64,000 bases of DNA, from assembly GCA_965221125.1 (NCBI GenBank), contig CBDCRW010000006.1, positions 1 to 64,000 on the forward strand, written 5' to 3'. Under the pieces are notes generated by a model. It had not been told where the DNA came from. It was given only the letters and a program-made list of their open reading frames with translations, and made no database searches. The position numbers and the translations under genes were made by a program. The first letter of the stretch is position 1. Each line of letters opens with the position of its first letter. Origin of the DNA: Alphaproteobacteria bacterium (GTDB lineage: Bacteria > Pseudomonadota > Alphaproteobacteria > UBA828). This document shows, piece after piece, positions 11,496 to 25,411 of this stretch.

Positions 11496-12707
11496 ATGAC
11501 GACGATGGAGCAGCTCAAGACGATCCGGAACGGAGAGAGGGTCAGGCCGACATTCTCGGCCAGCGAGATGAACCGCCGGCTCAAGGCGTTGCGCGCCCAC
11601 ATGGCCGAAAGGCAGATCGATGCCTGCCTCTTCACCTCGATTCACAACATCCACTACTTCAGCGACTTCCTCTACTGCTCCTTCGGGCGCACGTACGGCC
11701 TGGTGGTCACGCAGGACGGCCAGACCACGATCTCGGCCAACATCGACGGCGGGCAGCCCTGGCGGCGCACCTTCGGCGACAACATCGCCTACACCGACTG
11801 GCACCGGGACAACTACTTCGTCGCCGTGAAGCAGCTGATCCGGGATGGCTCCAGGGTCGGCATCGAGCTCGATCACATCACCGTTGAGAACCTGCGCAAG
11901 CTGCAGGGCGCGCTGCCGGCGGCGGAACTCGTCGACGTGAGCAGGCCTGCCATGCGCATGCGCATGATGAAGTCCGACGAGGAGATCGCCTGGATCCGCG
12001 AGAGCGCCCGCGTCGCCGACGTCGGCGGCGCGGCCGGTGTGGAAGCGATCGCCGTCGGCGTGCCGGAGTACGAGGTGGCGCTCCACGCGACCCAGGCCAT
12101 GGTGCGGGAGATCGGCCGGAGCCAGCCCCACGTGGAGCTGATGGACACCTGGACCTGGTTCTCCTCCGGAATCAACACCGATGGCGCCCACAATCCCGTC
12201 ACGTCGCGCAGGATCGAGCGCGGCGACATCCTGAGCCTCAACTGCTTTCCCATGCCGGCGGGCTACTACACGGCGCTGGAACGCACGCTCTTCGCCGAGG
12301 AATGCCCGGACGATCACCTGCGGCTCTGGACCATCAACGTCGAGGTGCACGAGGCGGGGATCGCGCTCATCAAGCCCGGCGCGCGCTGCTGCGACATCGC
12401 CGCCGAGCTCAACACGATCTACGAGCGCCACGGGCTGCTGCCCAACCGCACGTTCGGCTACGGCCACAGCTTCGGCGTGCTCTGCCACTACTACGGCCGC
12501 GAGGCGGGCCTCGAGCTTCGTGAGGACGTGACGACCGTGCTGGAGCCCAACATGGTGGTCTCCATGGAGCCGATGATCATGATTCCCGAGGGCGAGCCCG
12601 GCGCGGGCGGCTACCGCGAGCACAACATCCTGGTGGTGACCGAGGAGGGCGCCGACGACATAACCGGGTTCCCCTACGGGCCGGCGCACAACATCGTCCG
12701 CGCCTGA
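11496..12707 (+). CDS. Creatinase (creatine amidinohydrolase, M24 fold)
   Basis: YCSFGR, DGGQPWRR, INTDGAHNPVT, YYTALERT, CHYYGREAGLELRED and GYREH. Confidence 0.92.
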   Translation: MTTMEQLKTIRNGERVRPTFSASEMNRRLKALRAHMAERQIDACLFTSIHNIHYFSDFLYCSFGRTYGLVVTQDGQTTISANIDGGQPWRRTFGDNIAYTDWHRDNYFVAVKQLIRDGSRVGIELDHITVENLRKLQGALPAAELVDVSRPAMRMRMMKSDEEIAWIRESARVADVGGAAGVEAIAVGVPEYEVALHATQAMVREIGRSQPHVELMDTWTWFSSGINTDGAHNPVTSRRIERGDILSLNCFPMPAGYYTALERTLFAEECPDDHLRLWTINVEVHEAGIALIKPGARCCDIAAELNTIYERHGLLPNRTFGYGHSFGVLCHYYGREAGLELREDVTTVLEPNMVVSMEPMIMIPEGEPGAGGYREHNILVVTEEGADDITGFPYGPAHNIVRA

Positions 12708-12821
12708 CGGGCCCGGCCTGCGGAGGCACCGACGGGGCCGTTCGGTCGCGCAGCGCTTGGGTTTCGTGCTAAGACCCGGAGGCGGCGGCGCAATTGCCAG
12801 CGCTGCCGGTTAGGGAGGGCG

Positions 12822-14354
12822 ATGGACGACATTCGCCATACGCTGGAGGAACGCCGTGCCCGGGCCCGGTTGGGCGGCGGCGCGGCGCGGATCGACCGCC
12901 AGCACGCAAAGGGCAAGCTCACGGCCCGCGAGCGCCTGGAGCTGCTCCTCGACGACGACTCGTTCGAGGAATACGACATGTTCGTCGAGCATCGCAGCAC
13001 CGACTTCGGCATGGCCGAGCAGCGCGTGCCCGGCGATGGCGTCGTCACCGGGCGCGGCACGGTCAACGGGCGGCTGGTCTTCGTCTTCAGTCAGGATTTC
13101 ACCGTCTTCGGCGGCTCGCTCAGCGAGGCGCACGCGGAGAAGATCTGCAAGGTCATGGACCACGCCATGCGAGTGGGCGCGCCGGTCATCGGCCTCAACG
13201 ATTCCGGCGGCGCGCGCATCCACGAGGGCGTCGCCTCGCTCGCGGGCTATGCCGAGGTCTTCCAGCGCAACGTGCTGGCCTCCGGCGTCGTGCCGCAGGT
13301 TTCGGTGATCATGGGCCCCTGCGCCGGCGGGGCGGTCTATTCGCCGGCCATGACCGACGCGATCTTCATGGTCCAGGACAGCGCCTACATGTTCGTCACC
13401 GGGCCGGACGTGGTGAAGACCGTGACCCACGAGGTGGTGACGCACGAGGAGCTGGGCGGCGCGGGCACCCACACCGGCCGCTCCGGCGTCGCCGACCAGG
13501 CCTTCGAGAACGATGTCGAGGCGCTGGCCGAGACGCGGCGCTTCATCGACTTCCTGCCCGCCAGCAACCGCGAGCAGCCGCCGACGTGGCCGGCCAGCGA
13601 TCCCGCGAGCCGGGCGGAGCCCTCGCTCGACAGGCTGGTGCCGGCCAACCCCAACATGCCCTACGACATGAGGGAGCTGATCGCGAAGGTCGTGGACGAG
13701 GGCGATTTCTTCGAGCTGAAGCCCGCGTACGCGCAGAACATCATCACCGGCATGGGCCGCATCGGCGGCGGCACCATCGGCATCGTCGCCAACCAGCCGA
13801 CCGTGCTCGCCGGCTGCCTCGACATCGCGTCATCGCGCAAGGCGGGGCGCTTCGTCCGCTTCTGCGACTGCTTCAACATTCCGCTGCTCACCTTCGTCGA
13901 CGTGCCGGGCTTCCTGCCCGGCACCGATCAGGAATACGGCGGCATCATCACCCACGGCTCGAAGCTGCTTTATGCCTATGCCGAGGCGACGGTGCCGAAG
14001 GTGACCGTGATCACGCGCAAGGCCTATGGCGGCGCCTACGACGTGATGGCGTCGAAGCACCTGCGGGGCGACCTCAACTACGCGTGGCCCACCGCCGAGA
14101 TCGCGGTGATGGGCCCGAAAGGCGCGGTGGAGATCATTTTCCGCGGCTCGCTGGACGACCCGGCGGCCGTGGACGCCAAGACCGAAGAGTACCGCCGCAC
14201 CTTCGCCAACCCTTTCGTCGCCGCAAGCCGGGGCTTCATCGACGACGTGATCCGCCCGCAGGACACCCGCGCCCGCGTGGCGCGCGCCTTCGAGACGCTG
14301 CGCACCAAGCGCCTCGAAAACCCGTGGAAGAAGCACGGGAACATCCCGCTTTAG
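12822..14354 (+). CDS. pccB: Propionyl-CoA carboxylase beta subunit
   Basis: [27 protein letters not shown] and C-terminal KKHGNIPL. Confidence 0.92.
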   Translation: MDDIRHTLEERRARARLGGGAARIDRQHAKGKLTARERLELLLDDDSFEEYDMFVEHRSTDFGMAEQRVPGDGVVTGRGTVNGRLVFVFSQDFTVFGGSLSEAHAEKICKVMDHAMRVGAPVIGLNDSGGARIHEGVASLAGYAEVFQRNVLASGVVPQVSVIMGPCAGGAVYSPAMTDAIFMVQDSAYMFVTGPDVVKTVTHEVVTHEELGGAGTHTGRSGVADQAFENDVEALAETRRFIDFLPASNREQPPTWPASDPASRAEPSLDRLVPANPNMPYDMRELIAKVVDEGDFFELKPAYAQNIITGMGRIGGGTIGIVANQPTVLAGCLDIASSRKAGRFVRFCDCFNIPLLTFVDVPGFLPGTDQEYGGIITHGSKLLYAYAEATVPKVTVITRKAYGGAYDVMASKHLRGDLNYAWPTAEIAVMGPKGAVEIIFRGSLDDPAAVDAKTEEYRRTFANPFVAASRGFIDDVIRPQDTRARVARAFETLRTKRLENPWKKHGNIPL

Positions 14355-14373
14355 GCCGGGAGGAGCGGCGCCG

Positions 14374-16371
<1,998 letters not shown>

Positions 16372-16497
16372 CGCCCGTCGGCGCTTGCCTGCGGCATCGG
16401 ATGGGCGCATTGTGGCGCCCATCCGCGGAGGGCGTGCGCGCAGGATTGGCGCGGCGGCGCCCCAGCGCGGGCGCATCCCCCGGCAGGAGTCTCGGCC

Positions 16498-17826
16498 ATG
16501 GCGTATCCCGATCCGCACTCGCGTTCTGCCGCGCTCGGCGCGAGAGCCCGCGCGGTGTTCCCCGGCGGCGGCACGCGCGGCCTCACGCAGCTCTCGCCCT
16601 ATCCGATCTACGCGCAGGAGGCCCACGGCTGCCGCGTCGCCGACGTGGACGGCACGGAGCGGATCGACTTCATCAACAACTACACGGTCCAGCTCTTCGG
16701 CCACTCGCACCCGGCCATCGTCGAGGCGGTGGTGAAGCAGGCCGAGCGCTTCATGTCGCTCACGCTCGCGACCGAAAGCGAGATCGAGCTTGCCGAGGCG
16801 ATCTGCGGCCGGGCGCCGTCGCTGCAGCAGATCCGCTTCACCAACACCGGCACGGAAGCCGTGATGCACGCCATCAAGGGTGCGCGCGCCTACACCGGGC
16901 GGCCCAAGATCGCGAAGTGCGAGGGCGTCTACCACGGCGCCTACGACTATGCCGAAGCGAGCCTCGACCCGGACCCGCAGAACTGGGGCACGGACCGGCC
17001 GCGCGCGGTGGGCTACGCCAAGGGCACGCCGGCCGGGCTGCTGCAGGATGCGGTGATCATCCCCTTCAACGACGTGGCCGGGACCCGCGCGGTCCTGGAG
17101 CGCCATGCCCAAGACATCGCCGCGGTGCTGATCGACCTCGCGCCGGCCCGCTGCGGGGGGCTCCCCATGAGCGCCGCCTACATCGACATGCTGCACGCGT
17201 TCCGCCGCGAATCCGGCGCGCTCATCATCGACGACGAGGTGATCACCTTCCGCCTGCACGAGGGCGGCGCGTTGACGCTCTACGGGCTGGAGCCTGACCT
17301 CGTCACGCTCGGCAAGGTGATCGGCGGCGGCCTGCCCATCGGCGCCGTGGCCGGCACCGAAGAGGCGATGGCGGTCTACGACAGCAGCGCGGGCAAGGCC
17401 GCGTGCCCGCAATCCGGCACGTTCACGGCCAATCCGCTCTCCATGGCCGCAGGCGTCGCGGCCATGCGCTTGTTCACGGCGGAGGCCGTGGATCGCCTGA
17501 ATGCCCTCGGCGAGAGCGCGCGGACCAAGCTGGCTGACGCCTTCCGCATCGCCGGCTGCGAGGGGCAGGTCACGGGCGAGGGCTCGCTGATCCTCTTCCA
17601 CATGAGCGACGAGCCGCTCACCGATTACCGCGCCGTCTACCGCGCCGGCACGGAGGGGCGCGCGCGCAGGCTGGATGCGCTGTTCCGCGCGCTGCTCAAC
17701 CACGGCGTCGTGACCTCGGTTTCCGGCATGGCGTGCCTGTCCACGCCGATGGAGGAAGCGGAGATCGACCATCTGGCGGACGCCGTGCTGGCGAGCCTGC
17801 GGGGCCTCGCGCAAGAGGCCGCCTGA
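16498..17826 (+). CDS. Class III PLP aminotransferase (GSA-aminomutase-like)
   Basis: TNTGTEAVM, YHG, DEVITFR, LGKVIGGG and SGTF. Confidence 0.88.
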   Translation: MAYPDPHSRSAALGARARAVFPGGGTRGLTQLSPYPIYAQEAHGCRVADVDGTERIDFINNYTVQLFGHSHPAIVEAVVKQAERFMSLTLATESEIELAEAICGRAPSLQQIRFTNTGTEAVMHAIKGARAYTGRPKIAKCEGVYHGAYDYAEASLDPDPQNWGTDRPRAVGYAKGTPAGLLQDAVIIPFNDVAGTRAVLERHAQDIAAVLIDLAPARCGGLPMSAAYIDMLHAFRRESGALIIDDEVITFRLHEGGALTLYGLEPDLVTLGKVIGGGLPIGAVAGTEEAMAVYDSSAGKAACPQSGTFTANPLSMAAGVAAMRLFTAEAVDRLNALGESARTKLADAFRIAGCEGQVTGEGSLILFHMSDEPLTDYRAVYRAGTEGRARRLDALFRALLNHGVVTSVSGMACLSTPMEEAEIDHLADAVLASLRGLAQEAA

Positions 17827-17855
17827 GCCTAGGAACTCACCGGGCGACCTACGCC

Positions 17856-18191
17856 ATGCGCCGCCGCGTCCTCTGCCGCCTCGCCGAGATTCCCGATCCC
17901 GGCTCCAGGGGCTTCGACTTCCGCGAAGGCGACGCGCTGCACTCGGTCTTCGTCGTCCGCGCGGGCGACACGCTGCGGGCCTACGAGAACGCCTGTCCGC
18001 ACACGCAAGGTCCCCTCGACTGGGTGCCGGACCAGTTCCTCACGCGGGAGAAGGACATGATCCTCTGCGCCACCCACGGCGCGCTCTTTCGCATCGACGA
18101 CGGGCACTGCCTCTCCGGCCCCTGCGTGGGCGAGAGCCTGCGGCTGCTCCCGCTCTCCGTCGAGGGCGACACGGTCGCGGTAGACCTCTAA
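17856..18191 (+). CDS. Rieske (2Fe-2S) ferredoxin
   Basis: CPH...CATHGALF ligand motifs. Confidence 0.9.
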   Translation: MRRRVLCRLAEIPDPGSRGFDFREGDALHSVFVVRAGDTLRAYENACPHTQGPLDWVPDQFLTREKDMILCATHGALFRIDDGHCLSGPCVGESLRLLPLSVEGDTVAVDL

Positions 18192-18253
18192 CCGTATATA
18201 ATCCCGCCGCGCCGAGACGGTCGGCCAATCCGTGAGGGAGGCGTTGCGCCACG

Positions 18254-20197
<1,944 letters not shown>

Positions 20198-20239
20198 GGC
20201 GCGCTGCCCCGCGCCGCCTGCCGAGAGCGGCCGACGACC

Positions 20240-21760
20240 ATGCCTGAGGCGACGGACATCCACGCGCTGCTGGAGCGGGGCGGGCGGGACGACATCGCCA
20301 TCGCGGCGCCGGAGCGGGAGCCGCTGAGCTACGGCGGCTTGCGCGATCAGGTCGGGCGGACGGGCGATGCGCTGGGTCGCGCCGGGATCGGGCCGGGCGA
20401 CCGGGTCGCCATCGTGCTCCCCAACGGGCCGGAAATGGCGACCGCCTTCCTCGCCACCGCCGCCCACGCCACGGCGGCCCCGCTCAACCCTGCCTACCGC
20501 GTCGACGAGTTCGCCTTCTACCTGGAAGACCTCAGCGCCAGGGCGCTGATCCTGCAGGCGGGCGCGGAGACCCCGGCCATCGAGGCGGCTGAACGCGTGG
20601 GCGTGCCGATCATCGGGCTCGCGCCGGAGCCAGGCGCGGGCGCCGGCAGCTTCACCCTCGACATACCCGCCGACGCGGGCGATGCGCGGGACGACGGCGA
20701 GCGCGACGACGCGGCGCTGGTGCTGCACACCTCGGGCACCACGTCGCGGCCCAAGATCGTGCCGCTCACGGCTGCCAACCTCTGCGCGTCCGCGCGCAAC
20801 ATCGCCGACTGGATCTCGCTGGAGCCGGGCGAGCGCTGCCTCAACATCATGCCGCTCTTCCACATCCACGGGCTGATGGGGGGCGTGATGGCCTCGCTGC
20901 ACGCGGGCGCCTGCGTGATCTGCACGCCGGGCTTCAACGCGCTCCGCGTCTTCGCCTGGCTCGACGAGATGGCGCCCACCTGGCTCACCGCCGTACCCAC
21001 CATGCACCAGGCGATCCTCGCCCGCGCCGCGCGCAACCGGGAGATCGTCGCCCGCCGCAGGCTCCGGCTGCTGCGCTCCTCCTCCTCCTCGCTCCCGGCG
21101 CCGGTGATGAAGGAGCTGGAGGCGACCTTCGATGCGCCGGTGATCGAGTCTTATGGGATGACGGAAGCCTCCCACCAGATGACCAGCAACCCGATGCCGC
21201 CGGCCGAGCGCAGGCCGGGCGGGGTGGGGATCGCCGCCGGACCGCAAGTCGCGATCATGGACGAGGCCGGCCGGCTGCAGGCACCGGGCACCGAGGGCGA
21301 GGTGGTGATCCGCGGCCCCAACGTCACCTTGGGCTACGAGAACAACCCGGAGGCCAACGCGGCGGCGTTCGCGCACGGCTGGTTCCGCACCGGCGACCAG
21401 GGCGTGATCGACGGCGCGGGCTATCTCACGCTCACCGGGCGGCTCAAGGAGATCATCAACCGGGGCGGCGAGAAGATCGCGCCCCGCGAGGTGGACGACG
21501 TGCTGATGGCGCACCCCGCCGTGGCGCAGGCGGTTGCCTTCGCCGTGCCGCACCAAAAACTCGGCGAGGACGTGGCGGCGGTGATCGTGCTGCGCGAGGG
21601 CGCCGAGGCGGGCGAGCGGGAGCTGCGCGCCTTCGCCGCGGATTCGCTTGCCGACTTCAAGGTGCCGCGCACGATCCTCTTCCGCGACGAGATCCCCAAG
21701 GGCGCCACCGGCAAGCTGCAACGCATCGGCCTCGCAGAGAAGCTGGGCCTCGGGACGTGA
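20240..21760 (+). CDS. Acyl-CoA ligase, probably oxalate--CoA ligase
   Basis: LHTSGTTSRPKIVPL, MPLFHIHGL, YGMTEASHQMTSNP and GATGKLQR, typical of the AAE3/PCS60/oxalyl-CoA synthetase group. Confidence 0.8.
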   Translation: MPEATDIHALLERGGRDDIAIAAPEREPLSYGGLRDQVGRTGDALGRAGIGPGDRVAIVLPNGPEMATAFLATAAHATAAPLNPAYRVDEFAFYLEDLSARALILQAGAETPAIEAAERVGVPIIGLAPEPGAGAGSFTLDIPADAGDARDDGERDDAALVLHTSGTTSRPKIVPLTAANLCASARNIADWISLEPGERCLNIMPLFHIHGLMGGVMASLHAGACVICTPGFNALRVFAWLDEMAPTWLTAVPTMHQAILARAARNREIVARRRLRLLRSSSSSLPAPVMKELEATFDAPVIESYGMTEASHQMTSNPMPPAERRPGGVGIAAGPQVAIMDEAGRLQAPGTEGEVVIRGPNVTLGYENNPEANAAAFAHGWFRTGDQGVIDGAGYLTLTGRLKEIINRGGEKIAPREVDDVLMAHPAVAQAVAFAVPHQKLGEDVAAVIVLREGAEAGERELRAFAADSLADFKVPRTILFRDEIPKGATGKLQRIGLAEKLGLGT

Positions 21761-22746
21761 AAATCTGCATCGTCGGCGCAGGCGCCATCGGCGCCTATTT
21801 CGGGCTGGAGCTTGCCGAGGGGGGCGCGGAGGTCTCGCTGATCGCGCGGGGGCCCCACCTCGCGGCGATGCAGGCGGGTGGCGTGCGCGTCCGCGCCGGC
21901 GGCGAAGAGCGCCGCGCCGATATCCGCGCGACCGACGACCCGGCAGAGCTCGGGGTCCAGGATGCGGTCATCATCACGCTGAAAGCGCACTCGGTGCCCG
22001 GCATCTGCGCGCGCCTGCAGCCGCTGCTGGGCCCGGAGACGGCGGTGGTCACAGCCTCCAACGGCATTCCCTGGTGGTATTTTCACAAGCTGGAAGGCCC
22101 CTATGAGGGCCGGCGCATCGCCGCCGTCGACCCCGAGGGCACCCAGTGGGACCTGATCGGGCCGGAGCGCGCCATCGGCTGCGTGATCTTCGCGGCCGGC
22201 GAGATCGTCGAGCCCGGCGTGATCGAGATTTCGGGCCACCTCAGCCAGAAGCGCCTCCCCTTCGGCGAGCCGGATGGCTCGCGCAGCGAGCGGGTGCAGG
22301 CGCTGAGCCGGGCCTTCATGGCCGCGGGCTTCAAGTCGCCGGTGCGCACCGACATCCGCTCGGACATCTGGGTCAAGCTCTGGGGCAACCTCGCCTTCAA
22401 CCCGGTGAGCGCGCTCACGGGTGCGACGCTGGAGGACATCGCGGGCAACCCCGGCACCCGCGCCGTGGTCCGCGCCATGATGGAGGAGGGGCAGGCGGTG
22501 GGCGAGGCGCTCGGCGCGCGCTTCGCCATCGACGTGGACAAGCGCATCGAGGGCGCCGAGCAGGTGGGCGCGCACCGCACCTCGATGCTGCAGGACCTCG
22601 ACCTGGGCCGGCCCATGGAGATCGAGGCGCTGGTCGGGGTAATCAGCGAACTGGGGCGGCTGGTCGGCGTGCCGACGCCCGCCATCGACATGGTCTACGC
22701 GCTGGTGACGCAGCGCGCGGTGGAGGCGGGGTGTCTGCCGGGGTGA
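21757..22746 (+). CDS. Ketopantoate reductase family protein (PanE2 / oxalyl-CoA reductase-like)
   Basis: GAGAIG, NGIPWWYF, KLWGN and TSMLQD; overlaps the ligase stop codon. Confidence 0.82.
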   Translation: MKICIVGAGAIGAYFGLELAEGGAEVSLIARGPHLAAMQAGGVRVRAGGEERRADIRATDDPAELGVQDAVIITLKAHSVPGICARLQPLLGPETAVVTASNGIPWWYFHKLEGPYEGRRIAAVDPEGTQWDLIGPERAIGCVIFAAGEIVEPGVIEISGHLSQKRLPFGEPDGSRSERVQALSRAFMAAGFKSPVRTDIRSDIWVKLWGNLAFNPVSALTGATLEDIAGNPGTRAVVRAMMEEGQAVGEALGARFAIDVDKRIEGAEQVGAHRTSMLQDLDLGRPMEIEALVGVISELGRLVGVPTPAIDMVYALVTQRAVEAGCLPG

Positions 22747-22868
22747 GCCAGATAGGCCGTTGAAGTATAGGAGGAAGTTTTGCGCGTTATACGGAACGGC
22801 CCTATATTGCGCGAGTACGCGCCCGCCCCAATTGACGCCGCGGCAAAGGCGCGTTGGAGCTAAATGCG

Positions 22869-23084
22869 ATGGCCAACTCATACAGCGTTGATGTTTTTCG
22901 GTGCGAGGAAGCCGACGTATTCGTGGCTACAAGCGAGGACATACCGGGCCTGACGCTCGAGGCCGACTCGATCGGCGGCATGCTCGAGGCCGTCATGGAG
23001 ATGGTCCCGCAACTGATCGAGCGCAACTTGGACCTGCCCCAAGACGCTGACGTTCAGATGGCGGTGCGGCTGCAACAGGCATAG
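22869..23084 (+). CDS. DUF1902 / HicB-like small protein
   Basis: EEADVFVATSEDIPGLTLEADS...MVPQLIERN pattern. Confidence 0.75.
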   Translation: MANSYSVDVFRCEEADVFVATSEDIPGLTLEADSIGGMLEAVMEMVPQLIERNLDLPQDADVQMAVRLQQA

Positions 23085-23402
23085 CAACCTGCGGCGCAAT
23101 AAAGACACGGTCGAGACGGGTTGCCTGCCGGGGGCGAGGGATCGCTCTTATCGTTTCGAATTCTTGTGGTGCAACACGCTTCACGCAATTTACTCAATGC
23201 TCTTGCACTATTGTCGCCGACTACGATTTCAACACCGGATTGTCTCGGGGTATTTCACTCAAGACGCGATCAATGAGATTTGAAAGAACCGAAATGTCAT
23301 CCATATAGTAGCGCCATTTCTTTTCTTTCATCGCTTCCCACGGATAACGCGTCTTCCATAGCTTTGTATTCTTGTCCAAATACTCAAAGAGACCTTCGAG
23401 AC

Positions 23403-24855
23403 GATCGTGTCCCGAGGAGTGGTGTAAGAGCGTCGCGCTTTACGCGGCATCCGGCGGGTAGGGCCGGGTTATTCAGGCTGCCACAGCGGACAGCTTGATC
23501 GTGGGATTGTCGCTCAGGGGAGCGATCGATTCCAGCGTCATGTACCTCCTTCCGACGGTCCATTCGTCGTTCTGCTCGAGCAGCACGGCGCCGACGAGGC
23601 GGGTGATGGCGTCCTCGTTGGGGAAGATGCCGACGACGTTGGTGCGTCGCTTGATCTCGCCGTTGACGCGTTCGAGCGGGTTGGTCGAGTGAAGCTTGAC
23701 CCGGTGCTCCTTGGGGAAGCTCATGTAGGCGAGGACGTCGTGCTGGGCCTCGTCCATGAGGGCCGCCAGCTTGGAGGCCTTGGGCCTGAGCTGGTCGGCG
23801 ATCAGGCGCCACTGGGCGGCAGCGGCCTCGGCATCGTCCTGGGCGAAGGCGGTGGCGACGAAGGCGGAGACGACGCGCCGGCCCTGCTTGCCGGCATGGG
23901 CCAGCAGGTTGCGCATGAAGTGGACGCGGCATCTCTGCCAGGTGGCGCCGAGGATCCGGGTGGTGGCGGCCTTCAGGCCCTTGTGGTCGTCGGAGATCAC
24001 CAGCTGCACGCCGCGCAGGCCGCGCCTGGTCAGCGAGCGCAGGAACTCGGTCCAGAAGGTCTCGGCCTCGGAGGCGCCGATCGCCATGCCGAGGATCTCG
24101 CGCCGGCCCTGGTCGTTGACCGCGACGGCCACGGTGACCGCGACCGGGACGATGCGCCCGGCCTCGCGCACCTTCACGTAAGTCGCATCCAGCCAGAGAT
24201 AGGGCCAGTCGCCTTCGAGCGGGCGGTCGAGGAAGCTGCGGATCTTGTCGTCTATCTCCCCGCAAAGGCGCGAGACCTGGCTCTTCGATATCCCGCTCAT
24301 GCCCATGGCCTGAACCAGTTCGTCGACCGAGCGGGTCGATACCCCCTGGATGTAGGCCTCCTGGATCACCGCCGTGAGCGCCTTCTCCGCCGTCCGTCGG
24401 GGCTCCAGGAAGCCGGGGAAGTAGCTCCCCTTCCTGAGCTTCGGAATCTTCAGGTCGACCGTGCCGGCCCGGGTCTCCCAAGGCCGATCGCGGTAGCCGT
24501 TGCGCTGGTTGATCCGCTCCGGCGTCCGCGCGCCATGCTCGGCGCCGGTCAGGCCCTCGACTTCCAGCTCCATAAGGCGCTGCGCAGAGAAGGCGATCAT
24601 CTCACGCAGCAGATCGGCGTCAGAGCTCTTCTCCAACAGCGTCCGCAGGGTAAGCTTGTCATCGGTCATCGTGGTTCTCCTTAGGCTCGGGTCGATTCGG
24701 ATTCACCCAAACCCTAAACCGGAACCGCGATGGCCACCCCGCTGTGGATAACCGGCTTGGCGCCACCAGACTCGAGGGCGGTCGCGGCGCCAAGCCGGTT
24801 ACCCACAGCTACCGGGGGTAGCGGGAGCTCCTACACCACGTCTGGGGACACAACC
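23403..24855 (-). mobile_element. IS256-family insertion sequence
   Basis: Imperfect terminal IRs GATCGTGTCCCGAGGAGTGGTGTAAG and GGTTGTGTCCCCAGACGTGGTGTAG; 8-bp TSD TTCGAGAC at 23395-23402 and 24856-24863. Confidence 0.9.
23473..24669 (-). CDS. IS256 (Mutator-type) transposase
   Basis: [38 protein letters not shown] and [15 protein letters not shown]. Confidence 0.96.
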   Translation of the reverse strand: MTDDKLTLRTLLEKSSDADLLREMIAFSAQRLMELEVEGLTGAEHGARTPERINQRNGYRDRPWETRAGTVDLKIPKLRKGSYFPGFLEPRRTAEKALTAVIQEAYIQGVSTRSVDELVQAMGMSGISKSQVSRLCGEIDDKIRSFLDRPLEGDWPYLWLDATYVKVREAGRIVPVAVTVAVAVNDQGRREILGMAIGASEAETFWTEFLRSLTRRGLRGVQLVISDDHKGLKAATTRILGATWQRCRVHFMRNLLAHAGKQGRRVVSAFVATAFAQDDAEAAAAQWRLIADQLRPKASKLAALMDEAQHDVLAYMSFPKEHRVKLHSTNPLERVNGEIKRRTNVVGIFPNEDAITRLVGAVLLEQNDEWTVGRRYMTLESIAPLSDNPTIKLSAVAA

Positions 24856-25411
24856 TTCGAGACGATACACTTCTCGTCTTGGTGGGGAATATTCAGGACC
24901 AGGCGCGCCCCGTGGCCTATTGATAAATCCGGCAAAACCGAGGCCTTCAGGAAGACCCCTCCCCGTAGCTCTGTACTTGATTTCGAGCTGATCCCTAAAT
25001 TCCTTAGGAATCTTGGCGTATAGGCGAGTCAATGAGTGACGCCGGCTCTTGGGAATGTCGCACCAAGGAATATTGTGGAGATGGAGAATTAGCTTGAGCA
25101 ACAACTCCAGAGCCGTTCCTATATTGAAGTGGGAGACAGTTTTGTACGATATCCACATTTCGTGATGAATGCGGCCGTCAGTATCAGGCACCTCTTCCCA
25201 ACTGTCGTAAAGTAAGCCGAGACGAACGATTTCTGACTCGACATGCTCGGCAGCGCCCTTAAAGTCGATTATGTTATCATACAGTAGGCGGATCGCGTCC
25301 GCTCCTGAATTTTTCCCTTCCGATTTCACCAAGAAGCTAATTCCGTTTGCCACGTGATGTAACAATCATTGCGCGCACTCCGTACAATATTCCGGCAAAC
25401 CAGCCCCCCTT

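Larger units (their letters stand above)
23221..25365 (-). pseudogene. HEPN-like protein gene (about 227 aa) interrupted by IS256
   Basis: Removing the IS and one TSD copy joins ...EVYRLE to GLFEYLDKNTKLWKTRYPWE...PVLKS* in frame. ALELLLK...HSLTRLY...RYP resembles HEPN helices. AT-rich; start uncertain (25365 or 25329). Confidence 0.65.

Noticed and set aside
22779-22807. TTTG-N17-CCCTATAT RpoH-like promoter upstream of the DUF1902 gene
   Set aside because: The -35 deviates from CTTG and the spacing is ambiguous; too weak to call.
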